From assembly GCA_038231435.1 (NCBI GenBank), contig JBBRLJ010000024.1, positions 1 to 64,000 of the forward strand: a DNA stretch of 64,000 nucleotides, read 5' to 3'. This DNA comes from Planctomycetota bacterium. GTDB lineage: Bacteria > Planctomycetota > UBA11346. Position numbers and translations under genes: made by a program. The notes below the pieces were generated by a model, which saw only the letters and a list, made by a program, of their open reading frames with translations, was not told where the DNA came from and did no database searches. Below are positions 28,550 through 36,995 of the stretch, one piece after another; position 1 is the first letter of the stretch, and each line of letters begins with the position of its first letter.

Positions 28550-29358
28550 GGCTGGGAACTCTCGGCGGCGCCGCGATGCCCGGGATCGCAGAACGAGGCC
28601 TCGGCCTCAGGCGCGCGCGCATGCTCCTGGATGAAGGGCACGATGCGCTCGAGCGCGGCCTTGCCGCCGCGATCCATGGGGTTCTCGACGAACTGGTGGC
28701 CCAGGCCGCTGAGCACGGCGAGCGCGCTCTCCTCACCGCCCTCGACCACCTTGAGGTGGAAGCGGTGCGCGAGCTTGGCCGGCACCTCGGCATCGGCGTC
28801 GCCGTGCAGCAGCAGCAGCGGCGGGAAGGCCTCGGGGCGGATGTGTAGCGGGCTCAGCGCATGGCGCTGGGTACCTGCGAACTGGTCGATGGCCTTGGCC
28901 AGGGTCCCCGCCATGCCGTCGCCGTGATCGAGCGAGGGGGTGACGCCGCAGGCGATGGCGCCGCGCACGCGCAGCTTTGGATCCTCGCCGAGCTGGGCCG
29001 CGAGCGTCAGCGCGAGCAGGCTGCCCGAGCCGCTGCCGAGCAGGATCAGCGAGCGTCCGTCCATGCCGTTGACCGCGGAATCGTCGAGGATCTTCACGAT
29101 CGCGCCGCGGATCTCGTCGATCAGGTCCTGTCCGGCGCGAGCGCCATCCGCGAAGGAGCGGAAATCGATCGTCGCGGAGGCGATGCGGCTCTCGGCCAGT
29201 GCGAGGCAGAGCAGGCGCAGGTCCTCGTTACGGCCCTGGCTCCACCAACCGCCGTGCAGGCAGATGGTGAGCGCGGATTCCTCGGACCCTTCTGGGATGA
29301 AGAGATCGTAGTGGTTACGGGCGTGGGGCCCGTACGGAACCTTGAGGGCGCAGTACAT
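28546..29358 (-). CDS. Alpha/beta hydrolase (HSL/BD-FAE-like) with atypical nucleophile elbow
   Basis: YG...DLF.P, LHGGWW, PPLLLLHGDADAEV, GLGH. Confidence 0.85.
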   Translation of the reverse strand: MYCALKVPYGPHARNHYDLFIPEGSEESALTICLHGGWWSQGRNEDLRLLCLALAESRIASATIDFRSFADGARAGQDLIDEIRGAIVKILDDSAVNGMDGRSLILLGSGSGSLLALTLAAQLGEDPKLRVRGAIACGVTPSLDHGDGMAGTLAKAIDQFAGTQRHALSPLHIRPEAFPPLLLLHGDADAEVPAKLAHRFHLKVVEGGEESALAVLSGLGHQFVENPMDRGGKAALERIVPFIQEHARAPEAEASFCDPGHRGAAESSQP

Positions 29359-29411
29359 GTGGCCGGCACTATAGGGGTTGGGGTGACGGGGCCAGGGGGT
29401 CCCAGCCCCAC

Positions 29412-31169
29412 CTACATACGCTCGGGAGCCTTCAGTCCGAGCAGGCGTAACCCCTCACCGAGCGCGCCGCGCGCGGCGCGGACCAGGGCCAGGCGGGCCG
29501 ATGCGGTCGCGGCGTCGGGGCAGAGCACCCGCAGGTCCGGGTCGTGGTTGCCGGCGGTCAGCCAGCCGGCGATCGCCGAGGCCAGCGCCAGTAGCGCCTG
29601 CGCCAACGCGCTCGGCTCGTCGCTCTCGGCCACGCGCTCGAGCGCCGCGCGCAGGCGCGCGATCGCCAGCAGCACCGACTTCTCGGCCTCGAGCGTCAGC
29701 CGGCGCGGATCCGCCGTGACGGGGGCCGGGTGCAGATCGGGGAACTTGCGCTCGATCGAGCACAGCCGCGCGTGCGCGAACTGCAGGTACGGGCCGGTCT
29801 CGCCGTCGAATCGCAGCGCTTCCTCGAACTTGAACTTCACATCGTTCATGCGCGAGTTCTTCAGGTCGTTGAAGACCACGGCGCCGACGCCCACGGCGTG
29901 GGCGATCGCCTCGCGCTCCTCGCCGACGATCTCGGGATTCTTCTCGGCCACGATCGCGCGCGCGCGGTCGATGCCCTCCTGGAGCACGTCCATGAGCATC
30001 ATCGGCACGCCCTTGCGGGTCGCGGTCTTCTCCCAGGCCGAGGTCTCCTCGTTCCACATCAGCACCAGGCCATGCGCGACATGGCGCAGGCGGTCGGCGT
30101 ACGGCCGGCCGAGCAGCTTCGCGACCGCGAACCACTCCTTGAAGTGCAGGTTCTGGCCGACGTCGACCTCGTAGATCGAGCGGTCGAAGCGGTAGCGCGC
30201 GAATCGATCGTCGCAGGCCGCGAGATCGCGGGTCGCGTACAGGCTGCCGCCGTCCGAGCGCAGGATCAGGCAGGGCTTCTTCATGCCCACCGAGGTCAAG
30301 TCGACGACCTGGGCGCCCTGGTCCTCCTTCAAGAGGCCCTTCTCACGCAGCTCGGCCACGATTGGCCCCATGGCGTTGCGGTAGTGCGCTTCACCGTTCC
30401 AGTCGTCGAAGCGCACGCCCAGGATGGCGTAGATCTGCTGGCAGGCGGCTACGCTGACATCCCGGATGGTCTGCCACAGCGCCAGCGCCTCGGCATCGCC
30501 GTCCTCGCACTTGCGCGACCACAGCCGCGCCTCCTGCTCGACCGTCGGATCCTCCTTCTCGAGGCGCGAGATGCGCACGTAGAGCTGGTTGAGGAAGCCG
30601 ACCTTGTCGGGCGAGGCCTCGAGCGCGGCCATGGTCAGACCCTCGCGCTTCCAGCCGGCGATCAGGCGCCCGAAGGCGGTGCCCCAGTCGCCGAGGAAGT
30701 TGATGCGCACCACTGTCCAGCCCGCCGCCTCGTAGATGCCGGCGAGGGCGTTGCCGATCATGGTCGAGCGGATGTGGTGGAAGGCCATGTGCTTCGCGAT
30801 GTTCGGCGACGAGAAGTCGATGCACGCGGTGCGCCCGGCGCCGACCTGCGACCGCAGCGCCTGTCGTGGGTCCGCCAGCTCCGGCAGTAACGTGGCCGCG
30901 ACCGCAGCAGCCGAGAAGGTGATGTTGAGGAACGGGCCCGAGGCGGCCACGGTCACGCCGAGATCCGCCGCAGCGATGACGCCGGCGAGCTCCGCCGCCA
31001 TCGCCGGCGGGGCCATGCCCTTGGCCTTGGCCAGCTGGAAGCAGGGCAGCGCGATGTCTGCCGGGACGCCCTTGGCCGGCGGAGCGTAGAGCCCGGCGAC
31101 CTTTTCGATCGGCAGGCCGACATGCGCGGCGACGCGCGCGCTGATGGGCGTGGTGAGGATGTCCAGCAT
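29412..31169 (-). CDS. argS: Arginine--tRNA ligase
   Basis: IDFSSPNIAK, NFLGDWGTAFG, SDGGSLYATRDLA, GETGPYLQFAHARLCSI, GLRLLG.KAPERM. Confidence 0.97.
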   Translation of the reverse strand: MLDILTTPISARVAAHVGLPIEKVAGLYAPPAKGVPADIALPCFQLAKAKGMAPPAMAAELAGVIAAADLGVTVAASGPFLNITFSAAAVAATLLPELADPRQALRSQVGAGRTACIDFSSPNIAKHMAFHHIRSTMIGNALAGIYEAAGWTVVRINFLGDWGTAFGRLIAGWKREGLTMAALEASPDKVGFLNQLYVRISRLEKEDPTVEQEARLWSRKCEDGDAEALALWQTIRDVSVAACQQIYAILGVRFDDWNGEAHYRNAMGPIVAELREKGLLKEDQGAQVVDLTSVGMKKPCLILRSDGGSLYATRDLAACDDRFARYRFDRSIYEVDVGQNLHFKEWFAVAKLLGRPYADRLRHVAHGLVLMWNEETSAWEKTATRKGVPMMLMDVLQEGIDRARAIVAEKNPEIVGEEREAIAHAVGVGAVVFNDLKNSRMNDVKFKFEEALRFDGETGPYLQFAHARLCSIERKFPDLHPAPVTADPRRLTLEAEKSVLLAIARLRAALERVAESDEPSALAQALLALASAIAGWLTAGNHDPDLRVLCPDAATASARLALVRAARGALGEGLRLLGLKAPERM

Positions 31170-31295
31170 GTGCTCTCGAGTAGGGCTCGCGGGCGACAGC
31201 GCTCGCGGGGCGACAGCTTGCCGCGCGATCGACGTCCGCAAGGACGCACGCCCCACGCGGATTGCGGTGGCGAGCCGCGCGCCTATTTTCCGCCC

Positions 31296-32825
31296 ATGAC
31301 CGCATCGCGTGTATCGAGGATGGCGCTAGTGACGGCCATGCCGGTGGCGTTGGCGTGGCTGACGGCCTGCGCTGGCGACCAGCCGAGGCCGGAGGCCTCG
31401 CCCACGCTCACGCCAGCGTCCACGCCCACCCCCAGCGTCCGCGACCTGTTCAACCAGCGATCCCAAGGGCTGGTGGTGCTTGCGCTCACGGACGACTCGG
31501 ACGGCGCTTTTCTGCCGCGCCTCGAGGCCATGCGCGAGCTCCGCCGCGCGCGGTTCAGTGGATGCGCATCCGCCCTGGTCGTGCGCGCCGAACGCAGTCG
31601 GACCGATATCGAGCAGGCCGAGGCGCTCGACACCCTATTCGCCTGCTATCCGCGCGAGGCCTCGGCCGCGGTGGCGCGTCTCGCCGAGGCGTTCGCAGGC
31701 GAGACCGCCGAGGAACGGCGCCTGGCCGACGTCATCCTCACGCACCGCGACGCCGAGCACTACGGCGTCGCCCTGCGCCTGCTCAGGGTCGCGAACGGGC
31801 CTGAGCCGCTGTTCCACGTGCGCCACGAGATCGTCGCCTGCGGCGAGCCGATGCTCGACCAGCTGCGGCCGCTGATCGCCGACGGCCCGCTCGGCGCGCT
31901 GGCGCGCATGCTCGCCGCCGCGATCAGTGGCGGTGGCGACCTCGACGGTGACCTGTCGGCACTGCGCGCCGCGGGCTTTCCGCACGAGGCGCTGCGGGCA
32001 TTCGTCGAGCTCCACCACCAGGCTGCGATCCCGGGGCTGCGCGCGGCGCTCGATGCCGATGGCCCCGATCGCGCCGAAGCGGTGCTCGCCCTGGGCGAAC
32101 TCGGAGACGGGACCTCGTCGGACGCCATCCGCGCCTGCCTGCGCGCGGCCGAGGATGTCGGCACCCGCTGCGCGTGCCTGCTGGCGCTCGGCCAGCTGGG
32201 AATCGCCGAGGCCGCGCCCGACCTGATCGCTGCGTGCGACGACGCCACCGAGATTCCGGGCGCCACCTACAAGGCCGGCCGCACCGTGTATGGCGGCCCG
32301 ACCCGGCCGGTGGCGCAGGCCGCGGTCGCCGGTCTGGCGAAGATGCCCGGCGAAGCCGCGTACGAGGCGTTGACCTCGGCGCTGCGCCGCTCGGACCGTC
32401 CGCTGCTCGTCGAGGCCGCCGCCGCCGCGCTATCGATGCGCGGCGACGCGCGCGCGGTGCCCGAGCTCGAGCGCGCCCAGGAAGCGCTTGCGCGCGAGGG
32501 CCATGCGGCGGAATTCACCGTGGCCGACGCGATCGCCGCGCTCTCCGGCCATCGCCGCGAGCGCGGCGGCGTGCTGGTCTACGTGGTCTCGTACCGCGAC
32601 GGCGGCAAGCCCTTCACCATCATCGTCGACCAGCCGCTGCTGCCGGTCGACGGCCCCGGCCAGGTGCTGCTCGGGGCGATGGAGCCGTGCTCGGTCAGCC
32701 AGGAATCCTTCACGCTCACCGAGGACGAGATCGCCGCCGCCATCAACATGCGCAACCACCGCACCCTCGACCGGCTCGGGTTCGGCGGGCAGCACGTGGA
32801 CGACGTGGATCTGTTGGCGCGCTGA
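31296..32825 (+). CDS. HEAT-repeat lipoprotein
   Basis: WLTAC lipobox; repeats like RAEAVLALGELGD, RCACLLALGQLG, AAAAALSMRGD.RAVP.L. Confidence 0.75.
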   Translation: MTASRVSRMALVTAMPVALAWLTACAGDQPRPEASPTLTPASTPTPSVRDLFNQRSQGLVVLALTDDSDGAFLPRLEAMRELRRARFSGCASALVVRAERSRTDIEQAEALDTLFACYPREASAAVARLAEAFAGETAEERRLADVILTHRDAEHYGVALRLLRVANGPEPLFHVRHEIVACGEPMLDQLRPLIADGPLGALARMLAAAISGGGDLDGDLSALRAAGFPHEALRAFVELHHQAAIPGLRAALDADGPDRAEAVLALGELGDGTSSDAIRACLRAAEDVGTRCACLLALGQLGIAEAAPDLIAACDDATEIPGATYKAGRTVYGGPTRPVAQAAVAGLAKMPGEAAYEALTSALRRSDRPLLVEAAAAALSMRGDARAVPELERAQEALAREGHAAEFTVADAIAALSGHRRERGGVLVYVVSYRDGGKPFTIIVDQPLLPVDGPGQVLLGAMEPCSVSQESFTLTEDEIAAAINMRNHRTLDRLGFGGQHVDDVDLLAR

Positions 32826-33054
32826 ACACGGCATTCGAGGTCGATGTCGGCGTTGGCTCACCCTAGCTGTGGAAGCCCACAGCGTCGGGATCGCCGCCTT
32901 GGCCTCGGCCTCGACTGCCGTGTTCAGCGTGAATGCGATCAATGCGTGATGAGGCTAAGCCAACCTGTTCCCTGTTTTGTGGGGGCCAGGCCGGCGGCCG
33001 TTCCAGGGGAGCGCAGCCCCAGAGGTGCCGCGCTCCGCGGCACCGGACCGCATG

Positions 33055-34815
33055 TCATCCCTGACCGAGGCGTGTGCGTATCTGCGCGGGAATGTCAGTG
33101 GCCGGCAGGCGGACCTGGATGGTGGTGTCGCGGTCGCGCAGCGTGACGGTGTCGTCTACGAGCGACTGGCTATCGACGGTAACGCACCAGGGCGTACCGA
33201 TCTCGTCGTGCTTGGCGTAACGCTTGCCGATCGCGTGCTTCTCATCGTACTTCGAACGAAGGCCTGCTTTGAGCAGGGCTGCGATGATCTCGCGCGCCAC
33301 TTCAGGCATGCCGTCCTTCTTCACCAGCGGCAGCACCGCGCAGGTGATCGGCGCGAGGCGCGGGTGCAGGCGCAGCACGGTACGCGTCACCGGCTTGTTC
33401 TCGGCGTCGACGCGCTCCTCTTCATGGTAGGCGTCGAGCAGGAAGGCCAGCACCGCGCGCGTCGCGCCCGCGGCGGGCTCGATCACGTACGGCTTGTAGG
33501 CCCAGGGCTTCTTGCCGGTCACGGGATCGGCTTTCTCCTGATCGACGTAGCGCAGCTTTTGACCACTGTGGGTCTCGTGTTGGGTGAGGTCGTGGTCGGT
33601 GCGCGAGGCGATGCCCTCGAGCTCGCCCCAGCCCCAGGGGTAGTTGTATTCGACGTCGTAGCAGTCGTCGGCGTAGAAGGCCATCTCGTCGGCCGCGTGC
33701 TGGCGAAAGCGGAAGTGGGATGGGTAGTTCGCGAAGCGCTGCCACCAGTCCATGCGCGCCTGCTTCCAGTACGTCATCCACTCCTTCTGCGTCCCGGGCT
33801 CGCAGAAGAACTCCATCTCCATCTGCTCGAACTCGCAGGAGCGGAAGATGAAGTGCTCGACCGTTACCTCGTTGCGGAAGCTCTTGCCCATCTGCGCGAT
33901 GCCGAAGGGCGGTTTGAGCGACTGCGAGTCCATGACGTTCTTGAACTGCACGAACATCGCCTGGGCGGTCTCGGGGCGCAGGTAGGCCATGCTCGGGCCG
34001 GTGACCAGCTCAATCGCGCCGCGCAGGATCTTGGCGCGGTCGTTGGCGGCGAGCGCCTTGGCGATCGCGCCTTCGTCGGCGTCTTTGCCGAAGCGCGCTT
34101 TAACGGCCGCGACCAGGTCCGGTGCTGTGGTCAGGTCGGCCATCAGCTGGGCCACGTCCTGCATCGGATCCACGGCGCCAAGGGCGACGCGGAACATCAG
34201 GTTGAACTGGCGCTCGTCGCTCAGGAACGGCGAGCCGAACGATGGCGACACGTAGCCGCGCCACGGGAAGGTCTTCGCCGCGGCGGTGGCGCCTTTGGGG
34301 AAGAAACCGATCGTCACCGCATCGATGGCGCGCATGCCGCGCAGCACGTTGCCGTCGCGCTCGAGCGCGACCGCGAAGCGCTTCTCGATCAGCTCGGCCC
34401 AGGTCTTGGCCACGCCCTTGTCGGGGCAGGTGATGGGCAGCTCGTCGCCCGGCGCCGGACGGGGAGCCTTGTCGGCGCGGAAGCGCTCCTGCGAGACCAG
34501 GTCGTCGACCAGCGGATCGCTGAAGCCGGCGGCGTGGCCGGAGGCGCGCCAGACTTCCGGTCGCATGATGATCGAGGCATCGATGCCGACCACGTTCTCG
34601 CGCGTGGTCACCATGTCGCGCCACCACTCGGACATGATGTTGCGCTTGAGCTCGGCGCCGAGCGGACCGTAGTCGTACGCGCTCTTGAGTCCGCCGTAGA
34701 TCTCGGAGCTCTGGAACACGAAGCCGCGGTTCTTGCACAGCGCCACCAGCTTCTTCATCACATCGTCGGGCCGCTTGCCCTGGAAGGCGGCGGCTGCGGG
34801 GGCTGGATCGCTCAT
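33055..34815 (-). CDS. glyQS: Glycine--tRNA ligase (alpha2, eukaryote/archaea type)
   Basis: RGFVFQSSEIYGG, YDYGPLG, YLRPETAQ, GKSFRNE, EFEQMEME, GELEGIA, PYVIEP. Confidence 0.96.
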   Translation of the reverse strand: MSDPAPAAAAFQGKRPDDVMKKLVALCKNRGFVFQSSEIYGGLKSAYDYGPLGAELKRNIMSEWWRDMVTTRENVVGIDASIIMRPEVWRASGHAAGFSDPLVDDLVSQERFRADKAPRPAPGDELPITCPDKGVAKTWAELIEKRFAVALERDGNVLRGMRAIDAVTIGFFPKGATAAAKTFPWRGYVSPSFGSPFLSDERQFNLMFRVALGAVDPMQDVAQLMADLTTAPDLVAAVKARFGKDADEGAIAKALAANDRAKILRGAIELVTGPSMAYLRPETAQAMFVQFKNVMDSQSLKPPFGIAQMGKSFRNEVTVEHFIFRSCEFEQMEMEFFCEPGTQKEWMTYWKQARMDWWQRFANYPSHFRFRQHAADEMAFYADDCYDVEYNYPWGWGELEGIASRTDHDLTQHETHSGQKLRYVDQEKADPVTGKKPWAYKPYVIEPAAGATRAVLAFLLDAYHEEERVDAENKPVTRTVLRLHPRLAPITCAVLPLVKKDGMPEVAREIIAALLKAGLRSKYDEKHAIGKRYAKHDEIGTPWCVTVDSQSLVDDTVTLRDRDTTIQVRLPATDIPAQIRTRLGQG

Positions 34816-35017
34816 GGGGACCTCGGAATGGGGAGACACAGGGTAAATCGCGCGGGTGGGGGGCAAGGGTTTGTGGTTGGTGGTGGATGGTCGGCGTGGG
34901 ATCGGATGGTGGACGACGGCGACGGCGATGGCGAATGGAGACGGGTTGATGGTCGGGAGCTGACGTGGCGCGGCGGGAGCGCCTACCGCGCGATGCGCGG
35001 CGGGCTATGCTCGCGGA

Positions 35018-35746
35018 ATGCTGTTGGCCTTCGAAACCGTGGCGCGGACGGCATCGGCGTGCGTGTGCGCCGATGACGGGACCGTCACGCAATACCGGGA
35101 TCTCGCCGGCGGCGAGGCAGAGATCGGCCTGGTGCGCATGCTCCAAGAGCTCATCGAGACGCACGGCAGGCCCAGCGCCGTGGCGGTGGCCGCTGGCCCC
35201 GGCAGCTTCACCGGCCTGCGCATCGGAGTGACTGCCGCGCGCACGCTGGGCTGGATCGACGCCGTGCCCGTGCACCCCGTCGACAGCCTGCGCGCGCGCG
35301 CCTTGCAGCAGGGCGATGGCTTGTGGTGGGTGCTGATGCCGCTCAAGCGCGACACCTTCTTCCATGGCCTCTTCGAGGTCGTGGGCGGCCGCATCGAGGC
35401 GCTGGTCGAGACCGTTGCGGTGGATGACGCGGCCGAGCCCGCGCCGCATCCCCGCTTGCGCGAGGCCACCGCCATCGGTGCGCTGGTGGGCGCGCGTCCG
35501 CGGACCATCGCACGCTGGTGCCCACAGGCCGTGCTCGGTTCGCCAGCCGGGCTGGACGCGCGCGGCGTCGCGCTCGCCGCCCGCCTGGTGCCCGCGGTGC
35601 CCTGGAATCTGGTCCTGCCCGACTACCATCAGGACGCCGCCCCGGTGCTGCAGCGCGCCCGCGCGCTGCTCTCCACTGGGATCCCGGCCACCGCGATCCC
35701 GGCATCGCCGACCACGGACCACGGACCACGGACCACGGACACCTGA
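35018..35746 (+). CDS. tsaB: tRNA threonylcarbamoyladenosine biosynthesis protein TsaB
   Basis: LAFET, GPGSFTGLRIG, P.Y near the C-terminus. Confidence 0.92.
   Translation: MLLAFETVARTASACVCADDGTVTQYRDLAGGEAEIGLVRMLQELIETHGRPSAVAVAAGPGSFTGLRIGVTAARTLGWIDAVPVHPVDSLRARALQQGDGLWWVLMPLKRDTFFHGLFEVVGGRIEALVETVAVDDAAEPAPHPRLREATAIGALVGARPRTIARWCPQAVLGSPAGLDARGVALAARLVPAVPWNLVLPDYHQDAAPVLQRARALLSTGIPATAIPASPTTDHGPRTTDT
35710..35740 (+). repeat. Heptamer tandem repeat (GACCACG)x4.4 in the 3' end of tsaB
   Basis: gaccacg gaccacg gaccacg gaccacg gac. Confidence 0.9.
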
Positions 35747-36844
35747 ATGGCCTGGCGCAACCGCGTCGAAGTCAGCTACGGGACCCTCAGGGCCAACATC
35801 GCGGCGATCATCGCCGCGGCGGGGGGGCGGCGCGTGATCGCGGTGGTGAAGGCCGACGCCTACGGCCTGGGGCTCGAGCGCTGTGCGCGCATCTACCTCG
35901 AATCCGGCGTCTCCGCTCTGGCGGTTGCGGCATTGAGCGAGGCCGATCGCGTGCGCGCCGCGGTGCCGGATGCGCGCGTGATCCTGCTCGGTTCGCCCTT
36001 GCCGGAAGAGCGGCCGGCGGTGGTCGCGAGCGGCTACGACGTGTGTTGCTCGACGCTCGACGAGGTCCACGAGTTCGCGAACCTGGCCAGTCCGCGCGCC
36101 CCGCACCCGGTGCACATCATGGTCGACACCGGCATGGGCCGCTTCGGATCCGTGCCCGAGGACGCCGAGCGCTTGGTGCGGGTGGTGCTGCAGGCGCCGA
36201 GCCTACGACTCGCGGGGATCGCCACCCACTACCCGATGGCGCACCACGAGCTCTTCTCGCTCAGCCAAGAGGACGCCTTCGCGGCGATGATCGCGCGCCT
36301 GCCCAAGCTGCCCGCCGACTGCTGGGTGCATTATGCGAACTCCGAAGGCCTGCTGCTACGCCCGCCGGGCGAGACCAACGCGGTACGCGTCGGCATCCTC
36401 ATCAGCGGGGTGCTGCCAGACGGATGCCCGGATCCGGGCATCGCGCCGGCGGTGCGGTGGGTCTCGAGCCTGAGTCTCACCAAGCGGCTGCCGAAGGGCC
36501 ACGGCATCAGCTACGACCACCACCGGCTGCTCGCGCGCGACAGCCTGGTCGGGATCGTGCCGGTGGGTTATGCCGACGGATATCCGATCGCGCTCTCCAA
36601 CAAGGGCAGCATCCTGGTGCAGGGCCGGCGCTGCCCGATCCTCGGCCGGGTGACCATGGATTACCTGATCGTCGACCTCACCGATCTGCCGCATCCGCCC
36701 ACTCCAGGCGAGCCGGTGGTGTTGTTCGGCGGCCAGGGGGCCGAGACCATCACCGTGTCCGAGCTCGCCCGCCTCGCCGGCACCATCCCCTACGACATTC
36801 TGTGCGGGCTGCGTGGACGCTGCGAGGTGGTTGGCGTGCCGTGA
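35747..36844 (+). CDS. alr: Alanine racemase
   Basis: AVVKADAYG (PLP Lys), VDTGMGRFG, ANS, PVGYADG, GRVTMD, GTIPYDIL. Confidence 0.96.
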   Translation: MAWRNRVEVSYGTLRANIAAIIAAAGGRRVIAVVKADAYGLGLERCARIYLESGVSALAVAALSEADRVRAAVPDARVILLGSPLPEERPAVVASGYDVCCSTLDEVHEFANLASPRAPHPVHIMVDTGMGRFGSVPEDAERLVRVVLQAPSLRLAGIATHYPMAHHELFSLSQEDAFAAMIARLPKLPADCWVHYANSEGLLLRPPGETNAVRVGILISGVLPDGCPDPGIAPAVRWVSSLSLTKRLPKGHGISYDHHRLLARDSLVGIVPVGYADGYPIALSNKGSILVQGRRCPILGRVTMDYLIVDLTDLPHPPTPGEPVVLFGGQGAETITVSELARLAGTIPYDILCGLRGRCEVVGVP

Positions 36845-36995
36845 TACCGGGCTGGGTGACGGTTGTCCCCGACCTCGCGACGATGCCCGTGACGGCCCGA
36901 TCCTGACCTTCCTAGGTACGTGTGGCACCAGGAGCTACGTTTAGGAGCGGGCTAGGCTGGCCGTGCCCGCCGATGCCGTTACAAAGTGACACTGC

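Noticed and set aside
32975..33054. Additional full copy of the REP-like element downstream of glyQS
   Set aside because: Shares only GTGGGGGCC, GCGCAGC and a terminal hairpin; too diverged to call, probably terminator-like.
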